Shown: one piece after another, positions 43,037 to 53,367 of the stretch | Position numbering within the stretch: the stretch's first letter is position 1 | How the letters are laid out: each line of letters starts with the position of its first letter | NCBI GenBank assembly: GCA_937625935.1 | Contig: OW569374.1 | Location: forward strand, 404,238 to 468,237 | From: Tetramitus jugosus | Taxonomy: Eukaryota > Protista > Heterolobosea | Reading direction: 5' to 3' | DNA length: 64,000 nucleotides | Made by a program: the position numbers and the translations under genes | The notes under the pieces: generated by a model | What the model saw: the letters and a program-made list of their open reading frames with translations, nothing else | Told to the model about the DNA's origin: nothing | Database searches by the model: none

Positions 43037-44021
43037 CTATCTCAAGTAGCTAGGTACTTTCTTGCGTATGAGTTTTGTAACTTCTTCGTTGCTTCCACAA
43101 GCTTGGTCGATTGACTGCAAGATCTTCGAAATCTTTTGTGAATACTTCTTGTCAAAACTCTTCCTTGAAACGGGAACCAATAACTTATCCAGAACTGAAA
43201 TGGGAATTTCTCCCTCGAGACAAATGCACAAGTCTTCCGTGGCTCCCAGACCAGCTTCAAAGATATCGGACTCTGCTTCCTGAGACATGAGAGCCAATCA
43301 TTCGACAACTGATTGATCAAGAATTGGTCAGCCAATAACTTGTGTTTGGCTCCTCCAGATCCCAACAACTCCTTTAACCCCTGTCTGGCAATAAATACAT
43401 ATGGATGTTGACTTTCCCGCAATCCCTCAGCAAAATTCAATATCAACGGATTGTAAGAGAGCTCAGCTGGGTGTTGGTCCCATTGTATTAACATTTTGTT
43501 GCCAGTATGATATATTCGACATGGTATTTCACCTGAATCATAAACAATTCCAAAATTTCTAATCATTACAAATGATTCGATGAGAGCTGAATAATTGGAC
43601 AGTAAACTCAAATTAACGTGACATACGTTCTGTACTTGTTCCTTGAAGAGAACGGATTGGATGTCTTGTGTGGATTCAAACGAGTCGACGTCAAGCTCTT
43701 CTTAACAGATGATTGATTCGAGTTGTGAGAAATCGAACACGTTTCTCCCGTTTTAGTTCCTGTAGCTACACCACTACCTGAACTCCTACTAGTTGAATAG
43801 GTTGAGCCAAAAGCGATTGGCCTCCTTGGAGCAGATGCACTTCTACTCGATGAAGAACTAGGCATACTTTGACTAGATGGTTGCTTACTGCTCACTCTTT
43901 GACTGCCTGAGGAGCTGGCATTGCTAGCTTGAGACAGGATTTTGTTCAAAGTAGGCTTCTGTGCGCCTGATGTGGAAGACAAAGGCCTAGATCTGGTAGC
44001 CGATAATGCTCGGTTACTCAT
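43037..44021 (-). CDS. PACRGL: PACRG-like protein; intron 43626-43559; apparent frameshift near 43300
   Basis: FGIVYDSGEIPCRIYH..LSYNPLILNFAEGLRESQHPYVFIARQG, then in another frame ALMS..FEAGL..LIRKKVPSY. Confidence 0.8.
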
Positions 44022-44122
44022 TTGCAACTCAAATGCTTCTGTGCGTGTGTTTGTGAGTAATGAGCTATTATGGATGGCTTCTTCTTGTCAGTTGTTTGAC
44101 AGGCTTTTGGCGCCAAAACGAT

Positions 44123-45649
44123 TTACTTTGTTTTTTTGTCGTGAATCCATTTGGCAATGTTCTGAACGTGAATCTCTCTAGCCTTGATAACAGACTGTGG
44201 ATCGTTAGGGTTGGCGCTTCTCAGATCCAGATGATGACCTCCATGCTCAATAAATACAGTTACAACAGAGTCAGAGTTCGATTTCATAACACCACCTGCC
44301 ATCCAAGGATCCAAATTTCCATTCGAGAATACAATGTTAGAAGCATATTGTAAGTTATCAACTCCATAATATTGCACATTCCAGTATGGTCGAGGGGTGA
44401 CTCCAAAAGACTGTTGACACATTTGAATGTAGGCCTTCAAATCCCATGGTGCTGGTAAGAACATGTCAGTGCTACCTCCATATTGGCCAACAATCAAAAC
44501 CATCTCTGAGCACGCTTGGTAGAACCATGATTGATCACCAAGACCTGGAGAGTCACCAGATGTAATGTTGAAACAACTTTGTGATCCACTTGTATTGTAG
44601 TAAACGTTTGCTACGGAACCGAGTGCCAACAGGAGTGATGTGTCTTGATCCACTGCACGATCCATAATTCTCTTCATGGCGTCACAACTTGCATTCACAG
44701 GCCAAGCAGGCAATGGTTGCAAAAAGTTAGTTTCATATGGGTAGTCCAGCATTGCTAAATAGGCAATGGCATTGTAAATGAAAGAAATAAGTTGATTCAC
44801 ATCGTTCTCATTCTTCAAGGGAGTGCACAGTCCATACTTTTGAGAAAGAGTGTTTCTTCCACTTGCAGTTTGTCCCAGTGACTGAGTTAACAAAAATGCT
44901 TTTTGAATCCAGGTAGAACATTGCTTATTGGGCAGAGCGTCAGCAAAATCTCTTGTGATAATCTCATTGAACGTCTTTGGAGAAACGAGGCCTTCGAACT
45001 GTAAAACAGGAGCAGATGCAGCAATAGCACCATCCACAACATGAGGATACTTGATTCTAAAATAGCTACTAAGCATACCACCATAGCTGCCACCGAATGA
45101 AATCACTGGGCCATCCACATTCATGCGATACTTTCGCTTGAAATCCGGAATCAACAATGCATAATCAGCCAATGCCTGCCAGCTGTTCAAGTATTGAATA
45201 TTTTCGGGAGTCCACGATTGATCACCCATGGGCAATGTTTGTCCATAGTATCGATGTTCAGCAAACACAATCAATGCCTTGAATTTAGGAGCGATATCGA
45301 ACATGAATCCCGTATTACTATAAAACATTTCGATATCTCCTTCGTTGCCAGTGTAGAAGAACATTGGAGAATCTGGAGACTTGTCCCAGAATTGATCACA
45401 CACGAGCACTCTCTGCTTGAATGCCACAGGCTTCGTATCCTTATAATTAAAGTGATCCAAAATCTGTTCGTACCACTCGGTTCGGAATGGTGGTACAGGA
45501 TCAGCAGATAACGGTCTGTTCTTTACAGACTGCAATGACTGAACAGCAAAAGGACTTGTTTTGCGGATCAAGTTGGAGCATGTCACAACCTGGAAAATTG
45601 ACAGAACGACGAGAGCGATCGTAAATGCACGGAACAATGGTGTCGTCAT
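44123..45649 (-). CDS. PRCP: Lysosomal Pro-X carboxypeptidase (peptidase S28)
   Basis: Signal peptide, FFYTGNEGD, AEHRYYG, GGSYGGML, NGNLDPW and HHLDLR. Confidence 0.93.
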   Translation of the reverse strand: MTTPLFRAFTIALVVLSIFQVVTCSNLIRKTSPFAVQSLQSVKNRPLSADPVPPFRTEWYEQILDHFNYKDTKPVAFKQRVLVCDQFWDKSPDSPMFFYTGNEGDIEMFYSNTGFMFDIAPKFKALIVFAEHRYYGQTLPMGDQSWTPENIQYLNSWQALADYALLIPDFKRKYRMNVDGPVISFGGSYGGMLSSYFRIKYPHVVDGAIAASAPVLQFEGLVSPKTFNEIITRDFADALPNKQCSTWIQKAFLLTQSLGQTASGRNTLSQKYGLCTPLKNENDVNQLISFIYNAIAYLAMLDYPYETNFLQPLPAWPVNASCDAMKRIMDRAVDQDTSLLLALGSVANVYYNTSGSQSCFNITSGDSPGLGDQSWFYQACSEMVLIVGQYGGSTDMFLPAPWDLKAYIQMCQQSFGVTPRPYWNVQYYGVDNLQYASNIVFSNGNLDPWMAGGVMKSNSDSVVTVFIEHGGHHLDLRSANPNDPQSVIKAREIHVQNIAKWIHDKKTK

Positions 45650-45935
45650 GTTCTATTGTTTTGTGGCGAATGTGATGATCTTGATATGGATGTCGGTGTT
45701 TCTTTATGACAAACAATTCACCGCCTTCCTTCGAAATTTTTTTGTGGTCAACCTTGGAAGACACATCACTCCCGATCACTTTTTTCTCTGTTCCCGAACG
45801 TAACCACCAAAAAAGCCAACAAAGAGAACAACTGAATATACAACTCTGCGTCCCTCTCCTTCTTGAGTACCCACCATAATTAATTGTAGATATCTACTCC
45901 CCTATTTTTCGTCCAAAAAAAATCAAAACAAGACC

Positions 45936-47057
45936 ATGCCATTCATGAACAGAACACAAACAGTGACTACTCAGTTTGCTAAGCACTTTTCCTTCCGTTT
46001 TGGCTCTCACAAGACTGGAAAACTCTCCTTCTTGCCCATGGTGAGTCACGCTTCCAAAGGGACTCGTAAAGTCACAACCATGTACTTTATGCTCTCTCGT
46101 GGTGTTCAATCCTCGAGAATCAAGGTATTCATCTACACTCTGAAGGACAAGAGCAAATGTTGGGAACTGATTGATGAATGTCCGTTGGTCAAGACAAGGG
46201 ATGATGTAGATGAGATCAATCGTCACATGGTTGAGTTTGACTCTAATAATCACGGAGGTGGCGATCTTCCATGGTTCAGATTGGACATCAAGATGGAGGA
46301 CATCCAAGAATCAATTTTTTACTTTGGCAAGGTCAACCATGGTAATCGATTCGTGAGATCAAAGAAGTACCTTACTACTTTACTAGGAAAGGACACAATA
46401 TTGGATGACAGCTTGACCATGGACAAGATTCACCAAAAGTTCTTGTCGTTCACGACACAAGACTCAAGTGTTTCCACAATTATGGACGATCATGGACCGT
46501 CTCCATCACCACAGAGCCCACCACTTCTGAATCTTCCAACCTATGTGACATACAACCCTTTTGCAGTTCCAATGTACTGCTATCCTCAGACTGCCTTTGG
46601 ATATCATTCAATGGATGTCATGATGGGACAACACGCGCATCTATTGAATGCTGTTCAATCAATGAACCAAACTCAGGCCATGTGTTGGATCGATCCAACA
46701 ACTCAAGGTTCCACCATTGGCACAAACTCTGTGAATTTTGCCATGAATCTTGCCGTCGATCAACACGCTCATCAGAGCACCGTGCCTGCCACTTCCATAG
46801 ACTCTACAGACAATTTCTGGGATCTTGATTCTCTGTTTCAATCTGAGCCAAACAATTTCCCCATTGTCGTTGATGTCTCACATGAACCCGAACTCTCTCA
46901 CACGGGTGATGATCAATCAATTGGCCAAAAACGCAAATTGTCTTGCTTTGCCGAAGAAGAGGATGATCTGTTTCCTCCAGCAAAGTTCATGACATTTGAT
47001 GATGAAGAAGAGCCAGCATTGAATCTATTTGATTTTGAAGGTCATAAGCTTTGGTAA
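45936..47057 (+). CDS. Hypothetical protein, paralog of 53353-54798 (shared N-terminal domain of ~165 aa)
   Basis: Shared MNRTQTVTTQxAKHFSFRFGxHKTGK, WFRLD, YFGKVNHG and LDDxLTMDKIH. Pro/Met-rich and acidic C-terminal half. Confidence 0.8.
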   Translation: MPFMNRTQTVTTQFAKHFSFRFGSHKTGKLSFLPMVSHASKGTRKVTTMYFMLSRGVQSSRIKVFIYTLKDKSKCWELIDECPLVKTRDDVDEINRHMVEFDSNNHGGGDLPWFRLDIKMEDIQESIFYFGKVNHGNRFVRSKKYLTTLLGKDTILDDSLTMDKIHQKFLSFTTQDSSVSTIMDDHGPSPSPQSPPLLNLPTYVTYNPFAVPMYCYPQTAFGYHSMDVMMGQHAHLLNAVQSMNQTQAMCWIDPTTQGSTIGTNSVNFAMNLAVDQHAHQSTVPATSIDSTDNFWDLDSLFQSEPNNFPIVVDVSHEPELSHTGDDQSIGQKRKLSCFAEEEDDLFPPAKFMTFDDEEEPALNLFDFEGHKLW

Positions 47058-47430
47058 GATCATGTCTTGATCGTATCAAAGATTTAGCTTTTAGTATCAG
47101 CTAGATTTATCAACCAAACCACCAGTATTCGAATGTGGTCTTGCATTTTGTGGATTCTCCAGACTCTGAATTCATGAGAGAGTCCACATTAATGCCATAT
47201 CATACTTTGAACAACAAGTACTTTTGCTGGGATGCTTCCAATTTCAACAATTGGGAATCCCATCAAAGGTACTTCTTGATCAAACTTCTGAATAAATTAT
47301 CTTTGTAACATTGAAAACTTGTTGTTGTATTCTCAAATGTTCCTCCCTCTACCTTCCAAAGTGCGGACGAACTGCCATAAGAAAGCGGAATTTTCCTCGG
47401 AAAAATACATCAAAGAACAACAAACAAAAA

Positions 47431-49416
47431 ATGGAGCCAACACCAACAACAAGTGGATCAAATATGTCACAGTCATGCCACCCAATAAGTTGTGATGAGT
47501 GTCGTAAGAGTCACATCCGGTGTGATCGCATCTTGCCACAGTGCTCTCATTGCCAAAGAAGAAACAAGCAATGCACATATCGAACTCCGAAGAGGAACAG
47601 GCACCCTACTACGACCACGACCACTACTACGACTCATTCATCATCAGTCAGTAGTAGTCATGATCACAGTATTGACGACCAACAGTCTGGTGCCGATAAC
47701 CTCCTAGAGGACTATAATATTCATAATCGATCAAAACGACCAAAACAACACATTCAATCCACTGCCTCATCATCATCATCATCATCACCGCCATTCGCTC
47801 TGTGCAGTGAATTATCATTCTCGACAGTGAGCATAGTGGACAATTTCAACAACATGTCTGTGCCATTCAAATCAATCTTTCAATTCTATTTGGCTGAGAT
47901 ATCTGGTTTCTGGTCATTCTTACCTCGATCCATCTTGCAAGCCATGACAAAAAGTGTATCCACATTCAGCGATTCGCCAAACTTTTGTTACAATTGGCTT
48001 GGATCTAGTTGTAGGATATACGAAGAAGAACAGATTCCGGATAACACCTATGGAGAAGAAGAGACATTCTTCCTAAACAATCACTTCTTCTTCAATCCAA
48101 CGAGTTCGACTGCTGAAGAGATAAGGGATGGATATGGACCTGAGAACATGTCAGATGGCACTATCTCGGACATATTATCCAATCAAGGGGGTCAGCTCCT
48201 CAAACAAGCTATAGTTTCATTGACTCTGTGCATGTTACCACTGTCTTATTTCCACTGTAGCAATGGTAGTGATCAAAAACAAATGAAAGCACATGTAAGA
48301 CATGTGGCACGCTCTATGCAAAAGTCATGTGAGAGCTTTCTGTTGCAGGATCAAGTGTTTGGCAGAATATCAGAAGACGTACATTTGGTATCTACTGCCT
48401 GTGTCATTACAGCCTATTTTTTGTGTTTTGAAGAACAAGTAGATAAGGCAAGAGTTTGGATGAGCACAATCAAATCATTCGTCAACAACAGTTCGATAGT
48501 GAAAGATGAAGAGCGAGTGGCCATGGAGCTACATTATCTCACAATGAAATGGATTGCGATAAATAATTGCTCTGCTTATGATAAGAGCAGCAATTGGAAA
48601 CAAATGCACAAGAGAGTGAAACTATTGTGTAAGATGATGGATTTGTACAGTGTGGGAGAAGTTCCCTCTTTTATCGAAGATGTGTTACCTCCGTTGAAGA
48701 AGTACATGAAAGTTAGTGCACAAACAAACCATTTCACAATGAGCGATATGAGGAGTGTATACAATTTAGTGATGCCAACTATTATTTATGACAACCAATC
48801 GCTGGCCAAATCACTGAAGGAAAACTATCGACCAAATGAAACATTCAATGGCAAGGACATGATAGATATGGTATCCTGGGACTTAACTATGTTGGGATTT
48901 ATGATGGATGTGATCCTATCATTTGAAGAACAGGTGAAAGGTGTAGGATCGAATTTGGAAGAAATTCAAAGCATGAAGCTTGTTATTGCCAATCGAATTA
49001 CGACATGTATATTGTCGTCATCATCTGTCTTCTTTATTCATGGCATTTTCCAATTACGTCCATTGGTGCAGGCGGCCATGATTCACACGAACATGGCCCA
49101 ACAAAGTTCGATCAACAACAATATTGACTCTATATTGCCATATCTTCAATCGGATTTGTGGCTTCTAGAGTCTCTGCAAGAAAAGTACCACTTGACAAGA
49201 GCCGTCATCAACATAACGCAACAACTCCGGGAGCAAGCAAATTCTTTGTACCTTTTAATTCAACTGCGACCACCACTGCTTAACATTGATAGTTCGGATT
49301 TGGTTTCTTCATTCTCCAATTCGACGACTCATTCGGATGTTCACTCATTTTTGGATGAGATTGAAGAATCAGTAACAGAACTGGGCGAGATGCAAGAATT
49401 CAACTCACTTTTATGA
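47431..49416 (+). CDS. Zn(II)2Cys6 (GAL4-type) transcription factor
   Basis: SCDECRKSHIRCDRILPQCSHCQRRNKQCTY. ATG at 47431 follows an A-rich leader. Confidence 0.88.
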   Translation: MEPTPTTSGSNMSQSCHPISCDECRKSHIRCDRILPQCSHCQRRNKQCTYRTPKRNRHPTTTTTTTTTHSSSVSSSHDHSIDDQQSGADNLLEDYNIHNRSKRPKQHIQSTASSSSSSSPPFALCSELSFSTVSIVDNFNNMSVPFKSIFQFYLAEISGFWSFLPRSILQAMTKSVSTFSDSPNFCYNWLGSSCRIYEEEQIPDNTYGEEETFFLNNHFFFNPTSSTAEEIRDGYGPENMSDGTISDILSNQGGQLLKQAIVSLTLCMLPLSYFHCSNGSDQKQMKAHVRHVARSMQKSCESFLLQDQVFGRISEDVHLVSTACVITAYFLCFEEQVDKARVWMSTIKSFVNNSSIVKDEERVAMELHYLTMKWIAINNCSAYDKSSNWKQMHKRVKLLCKMMDLYSVGEVPSFIEDVLPPLKKYMKVSAQTNHFTMSDMRSVYNLVMPTIIYDNQSLAKSLKENYRPNETFNGKDMIDMVSWDLTMLGFMMDVILSFEEQVKGVGSNLEEIQSMKLVIANRITTCILSSSSVFFIHGIFQLRPLVQAAMIHTNMAQQSSINNNIDSILPYLQSDLWLLESLQEKYHLTRAVINITQQLREQANSLYLLIQLRPPLLNIDSSDLVSSFSNSTTHSDVHSFLDEIEESVTELGEMQEFNSLL

Positions 49417-49839
49417 ATGTTCAATCAAGACTTTGATCATATTCTGTGTACGTGACCAAATATTGTGCTCACCACAGCAGCTTAGTAGACTTGATCTTGT
49501 GTAGCTCTCAAAATCTCGAGATACGATACACCAATATGATTGCTCAGCACAATTCGAACAGAAAGCTTCCTCTTGGCCCAAGTCTTTTGGTGCCCAACGG
49601 TTCATCCCATTGGTCATCCCAAAAATGGGATCATCCCATTCCAAGATTGGTCATCGTACCTTGCACGCACAGCAACGCGTCATGTGTCATGGAAGTTTGC
49701 CAATAGATTGGTTGTATTGAGACCGTTGGGGCCACAATGAGTTTTTAGAAGGTGTGATTTGGTGATTGTACACGGCGCCACTTCCATGTGACGATGGTTC
49801 ATCGCAAACTCAAAACTGCGCAACAACAATTTCACATAA

Positions 49840-50682
49840 ATGACTCAACAACAAACGAAATATTTAACAATTTTTGGTGTTGCTCTCTTGTTTCTCATAG
49901 GTCTCTCTGTGTTCAGCTGGGGTAGCTCAAACAACTATTCAAGAGCTGAAGAAGCAATAACAAGAAGAGATGTTCAATATCCTATCATTCATGAGTTCAA
50001 GAAGACTATCCAGGAGGTTAGAAAGCTCTACCATCAATGTATCAATGGCAAAGTACCACTTGAGAGCTGTATCACTGAACAATGTCCTGTAACTCCATTT
50101 GGTGTCGATGCTAGACCATCATTCCATCCACAAACGTTAGTTGGTAACAATTGTGAGCCTTGGATGCGTCGAGATGTAGTTCTTTTACTCAACAAACTTG
50201 TTCAACCACATTTTACCGTGTTGGAATGGAGTTCTGGCTCTAGCACTACTTGGCTCTTACCAAGAGTTTCCAAGTTAATATCTGTGGAGAATAACGCAGA
50301 GTGGGCTGTTCTCGTGCAAAGGAAGATTGAAGCTATGGGAATGAAGCACAAGTCGCAGTTCCATGTGATAACTGGAACGGAAGAAGGTCCACAATGGGCC
50401 AAATCATCTACGGGTCAGTACTTTGTCGATTATGTGGGAGTACCAATCCCAATGGACATGCATGCAAAGTTTGACATGATCATTGTAGACGGAAGAGCGA
50501 GAGCAGCTTGCTTGCAAAGAGCCATTTCCTTGCTCAAACCAGAAGGAGGTCTTTTAGTGTTGGATAATTCTGAAAGATCAGAGTACAGGAAGGAAAGTGT
50601 GCCAAGATATTGGCCTCGATTTGTTTCTCATACATCACGTCCAACAGAAACAACTGTTTGGATGTCTGCATTGCCTCACTAA
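49840..50682 (+). CDS. Membrane-anchored class I SAM-dependent methyltransferase
   Basis: N-terminal TM helix. Motifs VLEWSSGSST, ISVEN, FDMIIVDGRAR and LLKPEGGLLVLDN. Confidence 0.8.
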   Translation: MTQQQTKYLTIFGVALLFLIGLSVFSWGSSNNYSRAEEAITRRDVQYPIIHEFKKTIQEVRKLYHQCINGKVPLESCITEQCPVTPFGVDARPSFHPQTLVGNNCEPWMRRDVVLLLNKLVQPHFTVLEWSSGSSTTWLLPRVSKLISVENNAEWAVLVQRKIEAMGMKHKSQFHVITGTEEGPQWAKSSTGQYFVDYVGVPIPMDMHAKFDMIIVDGRARAACLQRAISLLKPEGGLLVLDNSERSEYRKESVPRYWPRFVSHTSRPTETTVWMSALPH

Positions 50683-50886
50683 GGTGGCGCAACTGTGCCT
50701 CCAACCATAATTAGTGAGATCTTAACGCCACACATGGCTCGATGACTTGAGCTGCTGTGGATTGCCACCTTAAATAGGATATTTCACAAGCTAAGCTGTG
50801 TATTTTGCCGTAAAATATTTTGCCTGTTCATTTTCGCGCCAAAGCCCGGAGAAAACAAACAAACAGAATTGCACACAACTGTTGAA

Positions 50887-51765
50887 ATGCAACAACCACG
50901 ATCATCCGATTGTCACGAAGATCAAGTATCCAAAAGGAGAAAAGTGCATCATGACAAAGAAGAACACCACGAGTCAGACGAGATACACAATGATGACTCT
51001 GACTACGACAGTGACGAAGAAGAAAATGAACGAACATATCATTTTTGGAAAACAGAGAGTTCAATAATCAAACCATTCCCTGATTCATCAAAATATATTC
51101 ACAGAAAGAGAGCTCCTGCATCCATGTGCTCCTTTATTGCTACACCCGCAAAAGACGAAGGAGGAGATCAACAGCATTCGAATGCTGTTGTTGCACGATC
51201 GAATTCTTCACTGAAGCGACGACATGAAATTTATGTTTCTCGAAAGAGTCACAAACAAGCTGTACTGACCAGAGCTTGCAAGCTGTTGGACGAGTTTATC
51301 ATGTCGCAAACAACGGTCAAAATTTCGAATAGAGATCATGATAACAACAATAACAAACATAAGAAAAAGAAGCCTTCATCGTCAGTGATTTCATCGAGCG
51401 AACAAAAGAAGAAGCACAAGAAGGCTAATGAACCGAGTAATGCTTTGATCTTGCATGCAATTGGTGCTGCAATGAATTCTTGTATTGAAATTGCTCTGCA
51501 AATACAAGCCGAATACTCCAATTGTCCCATGTTTACTATGCATGTGAACACTGATACTGTCAAATTGGTGGATGATTTCATACCCAGGAGAGAGTACGAA
51601 GGGGAATTGGAACCATTGGTTCAGGTTCGTTTCAACTCTGCCGTACACATAACTTTCCGATATCATCCGTTGAGTGAACTGGAATCTGCGAACAAGAATA
51701 GGTTGAGTGAAACGGAACAGAAGAACCAAAAAGCGTCATCCAAGCCAATACTCTCCTTGAGATAA
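50887..51765 (+). CDS. POP7: RNase P/MRP subunit Rpp20/Pop7 (Alba fold)
   Basis: EIYVSRKS..RACKLL, LHAIGAAM..IALQI, VNTDTVKLVDDF and RFNSAVHI. Confidence 0.82.
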   Translation: MQQPRSSDCHEDQVSKRRKVHHDKEEHHESDEIHNDDSDYDSDEEENERTYHFWKTESSIIKPFPDSSKYIHRKRAPASMCSFIATPAKDEGGDQQHSNAVVARSNSSLKRRHEIYVSRKSHKQAVLTRACKLLDEFIMSQTTVKISNRDHDNNNNKHKKKKPSSSVISSSEQKKKHKKANEPSNALILHAIGAAMNSCIEIALQIQAEYSNCPMFTMHVNTDTVKLVDDFIPRREYEGELEPLVQVRFNSAVHITFRYHPLSELESANKNRLSETEQKNQKASSKPILSLR

Positions 51766-51990
51766 ATATCAGGATTCAATCATTAGTATGATATCTTTTT
51801 TTATTATTGGGTTTGAGTTTCAGATCAAATATGAATATACATAGAGTCACGGTTTCTCACCTTAGGATGGAAACGATGGACCTGCTTGGGAGTCACCAAA
51901 ACAGACAGCAGAAAAACCATTAGGAATTTCAAGAATACTACAGTGCTGTTCAGGGTGAGAAGGCTTGTTGGTGAGCGCGAGATGAACAGT

Positions 51991-52703
51991 TTATGAGAAT
52001 GCCAGAGTCATCTTGTTCTCCAAATCTGTGTGACTAAGAACCTTGGAGAACTCTTGAAGTGAAATCTTGCCATCACCGTCCTCATCTGCCTCCAAAATTG
52101 TCTTATCAACAATCTGTTGCAATTGAACATCACTCAAATTATTGCCCACCATCATTTTCAACACTGTGAACAATTCACCGTTGCTAATGTAACCGTCATT
52201 ATCGATATCATACACACGGAAAGCAAACTTTAGCTTGTCTTGCTTGTCACCACGTGTGTTGAACACTGAGAGAGCATTGATAAACTCTTTAAAGTTCACA
52301 TTATCGTCATTGTTCTCATCGAAAATGGAGATGACTCTCTTGACCAATGGATTGACAGCCAATTCGGGGATCATCAAAAATTCATCACGCGTAATCGTTC
52401 CATTTCCGTCCTTGTCCAATTTTTTGAATCGTTTGTAGAGACGTTTGATCTCCTTGTGAGTAACTAATCATCATCATCACCGATCACAACCGATCACAAT
52501 AATAAATTACAGATTGAATGATTCAAGAAAAAAAACGAGTGAGTGAGTGATCATCGTTGGTTTCAATGTGCATTATTTTTTGTCGTAGTTGTGAATTCGG
52601 ATCACAGGAAAAAGATTGATGTTGTGGTTGATGACTTACAGTTTGTGCCCTTGTGCATCTCTTCAATTTCTTCAGGGCGTAGAGATGATGTATTTGTTCC
52701 CAT
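51991..52703 (-). CDS. CNB1: Calcineurin regulatory subunit B; exons 52703-52640, 52463-51991
   Basis: Spliced [39 protein letters not shown]. Four EF-hands and a myristoylation-type Gly2. Confidence 0.96.
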
Positions 52704-52898
52704 TGTTCGCTTGTGTTGTTGGGTGGTTGATGTGAGCCTTGATTTTGCTTTGTTTTCTTTGTTTGAATTGATCTCCGCCAGCAAAAAAACGCCAGATTTT
52801 TTGGGACACAATGAATGACGAGGGATACAATGACAAGTAGAAGAAAAAGAGACATGAGATGACTTCTGAACTCAATTTATTGCATTGTTTGTTTCAGG

Positions 52899-53108
52899 TA
52901 TTATTTATATGGTAATGATTTGTTATTCATATTTTTAAAGAACTATCTTTTGATATTCCTTAATAATATGAATAGCAAATGAGGTGTTGATGGTAACTGA
53001 AAGGATGGCTGGAGAAAGCACACCTCATTTGTTATTCATATTGTTAAGGAATATCAAAAGATAGTTCTTTAAAAATATGAATAACAAATCATTACCTTAT
53101 AAATAATA
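52899..53108. repeat. Long AT-rich inverted repeat (89-bp arms, 3 mismatches, 32-nt spacer) with nested inverted repeats
   Basis: 52899-52987 is the reverse complement of 53020-53108. Confidence 0.95.
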
Positions 53109-53124
53109 AGCATGGGTCAGTGCA

Positions 53125-53367
53125 GGGATCTAACTGATACTTCAAGCGTCATTTGGCCAAGCTCAAGTTAACGAGTAACTTGATCAAAGCAAATATGATA
53201 GAATTTCGATCTTTGCTTACGAGGTAAAATTTCTCGTCAGCAAAGTGGATTATAGGGTGAATGGTTGGTAGTTGGGTAGTTAGTTGGTAATGATGGGATC
53301 TAACTGATACTTCAAGCATCATTTGCCTAACTCAAGTTAACACGTAACTTGATCAAAGCAAATATGA
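53125..53367. repeat. ~73-bp direct repeat (53125-53198 and 53295-53367) covering the last codons and 3' UTR of the adjacent gene
   Basis: Both copies read GGGATCTAACTGATACTTCAAGC..TCAAGTTA-N5-TAACTTGATCAAAGCAAATATGA. Confidence 0.9.

Noticed and set aside
35735-43320. Programmed ribosomal frameshifting as the explanation for the two frame breaks
   Set aside because: No slippery heptamer or shared signal at either site. Assembly indels are more parsimonious.
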